Shown: positions 63,124 to 64,000 of the stretch, piece after piece
Position numbering within the stretch: the stretch's first letter is position 1
Layout: each line of letters starts with the position of its first letter
Assembly: GCA_964513735.1 (NCBI GenBank)
Contig: CAZENU010000004.1
Location: forward strand, 14,064 to 78,063
Length of the DNA: 64,000 bases
Origin: an uncultured Dehalococcoidia bacterium
Lineage (GTDB): Bacteria; Chloroflexota; Dehalococcoidia; Lucifugimonadales; CAZENU01
Reading direction: 5' to 3'
Notes under the pieces: generated by a model
Told to the model about the DNA's origin: nothing
Seen by the model: the letters and a program-made list of their open reading frames with translations, nothing else
The model's database searches: none
Translations under genes and position numbers: made by a program

Positions 63124-64000
63124 CTACGAGTCGTTCGGAGTGATCTCTATGATCCTGTGGTCATCGTCAACCGCCAGTTCCTGGGCGGTGTTCTCGAACT
63201 TCGGGATCTTCTCGTTGTCGTCCAGCTTCTCGATCCTCACCCTGGTCGCGGCCCACGCCAGCCCGTTGGACCCTTCGATCGAGAGCGGCGAGAGGATCGA
63301 GAGCACGTTGAAGCCACGGCTTTCCGTGTAGCGGCCGCCGTCCTTGTGTCCCTGGCCGAGGGGTATCGAGACGATGTCCTTGGCCGAGGCGGGAGTCGGA
63401 TACGCCAGCGCCTCTATGGACCCCTTCTCCGAGATGACGCGGACGTGGTCGCCTTCCCTGACGCCAAGCTCGTCGGCGGCCCCGAAACTGAGCTCGACCC
63501 AGGTCCGCCAGGTGGCGGTCGTGATGGGGTCCGGCGTAGCCTGCAACCACGGTAGATGGGAGAGGCTGCCATCCAGGAGCGACGTCGAGGCGAAGGGCAC
63601 CAGGCGATACGGGTACGTCGACGCCGCGCCTGCCTGGGCCGCGCTGGAGACCGTCGCGAGCGGCGTCGGCACCGGCGCCGGGCCCGAGTAGGTGGCGGAC
63701 TCATCCTCCCAGAGGCCGTGCTGTAACGTGGCGTTCCAGAACGCCTCGAAGGTCGTGTAGTCGCCCACGCTGCGCTGTCCGACGGTTCCATTGCCGCCCT
63801 CGTAGAGCTTTCGGACGCCGTCTTGCAGTATCGCCATGAAGTTCTCGCCGGGCAGCTCCAGGTCCAACTCCAGCGCCTCCGCGACTGCCATGAGCACGTC
63901 GGGGAAGCTCTTGGTGCCGAGGAACTCACCCCTCGACTCGAAAAACGGCCTGACCACCGGCTGCTGGAAGCCCAGGACCTGGTATCCGGGTCCCGGATCG
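63124..64000 (-). CDS. Molybdopterin-oxidoreductase-like subunit, C-terminal part (ActB1-like; gene continues beyond window end)
   Basis: The frame stays open to 64000 (..DPGPGYQVLGFQQPVVRPFFE..). The C-terminal molybdopterin dinucleotide-binding-type domain reads ADELGVREGDHVRVISEKGSIEALAYPTPASAKDIVSIPLGQGH. Confidence 0.8.
   Translation of the reverse strand, partial: DPGPGYQVLGFQQPVVRPFFESRGEFLGTKSFPDVLMAVAEALELDLELPGENFMAILQDGVRKLYEGGNGTVGQRSVGDYTTFEAFWNATLQHGLWEDESATYSGPAPVPTPLATVSSAAQAGAASTYPYRLVPFASTSLLDGSLSHLPWLQATPDPITTATWRTWVELSFGAADELGVREGDHVRVISEKGSIEALAYPTPASAKDIVSIPLGQGHKDGGRYTESRGFNVLSILSPLSIEGSNGLAWAATRVRIEKLDDNEKIPKFENTAQELAVDDDHRIIEITPNDS

Overview
High-GC (roughly mid-60s % by eye) chromosomal segment made up almost entirely of housekeeping genes. 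I support about 65 protein genes, one tRNA-Leu(TAG) and one long, Bacillus-type SRP RNA. There is no rRNA, no CRISPR array and no intact mobile element. Recognisable blocks in order: folC; sulfatase and MBL hydrolase; rph; etfBA; metF-like; lipA; rumA-like; maf-tatB-tatC with a convergent tatA; lexA; rpsT; hisS; prfA-prmC; osmC; ffs; rsmA-ispE; exonuclease-DinG and OGG; oxidoreductases; queG; an ECF sigma/anti-sigma module; lpd-pdhABC; panBC; an LprG-like lipoprotein with an MFS pump; Gfo/Idh/MocA paralogues; and the distal part of an Alternative Complex III-like operon (actB1, actB2, two NrfD-like genes, actD, actE) that runs off the window end. The long SRP RNA, ACIII and gene content suggest a Chloroflexota-like organism, but that is inference only. 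I found no clear novel multi-gene system. The items most worth a second look are listed below. (1) An in-frame 'mini-Rel': the RSH N-terminus is fused directly to the Cys-rich and ACT domains, with the synthetase and TGS domains missing. (2) A 25% GC palindrome-rich island carrying a consensus-like promoter, upstream of an orphan double zinc-ribbon ORF. (3) An ACIII-like operon with non-canonical gene order, a split ActB and palindromic repeats in its spacers. (4) A 770-bp intergenic region upstream of panBC with an 18-bp perfect palindrome and a possible attenuator. (5) A repeated pattern of gene remnants: a comEA/comEC fusion, an IS1595 transposase, an ABC-2 permease, a nucleotidyltransferase and a lipocalin-like fragment. 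(6) Several families of short REP-like palindromic repeats. All calls come from reading the translations and sequence by eye. Start codons are approximate, and no database search was possible.
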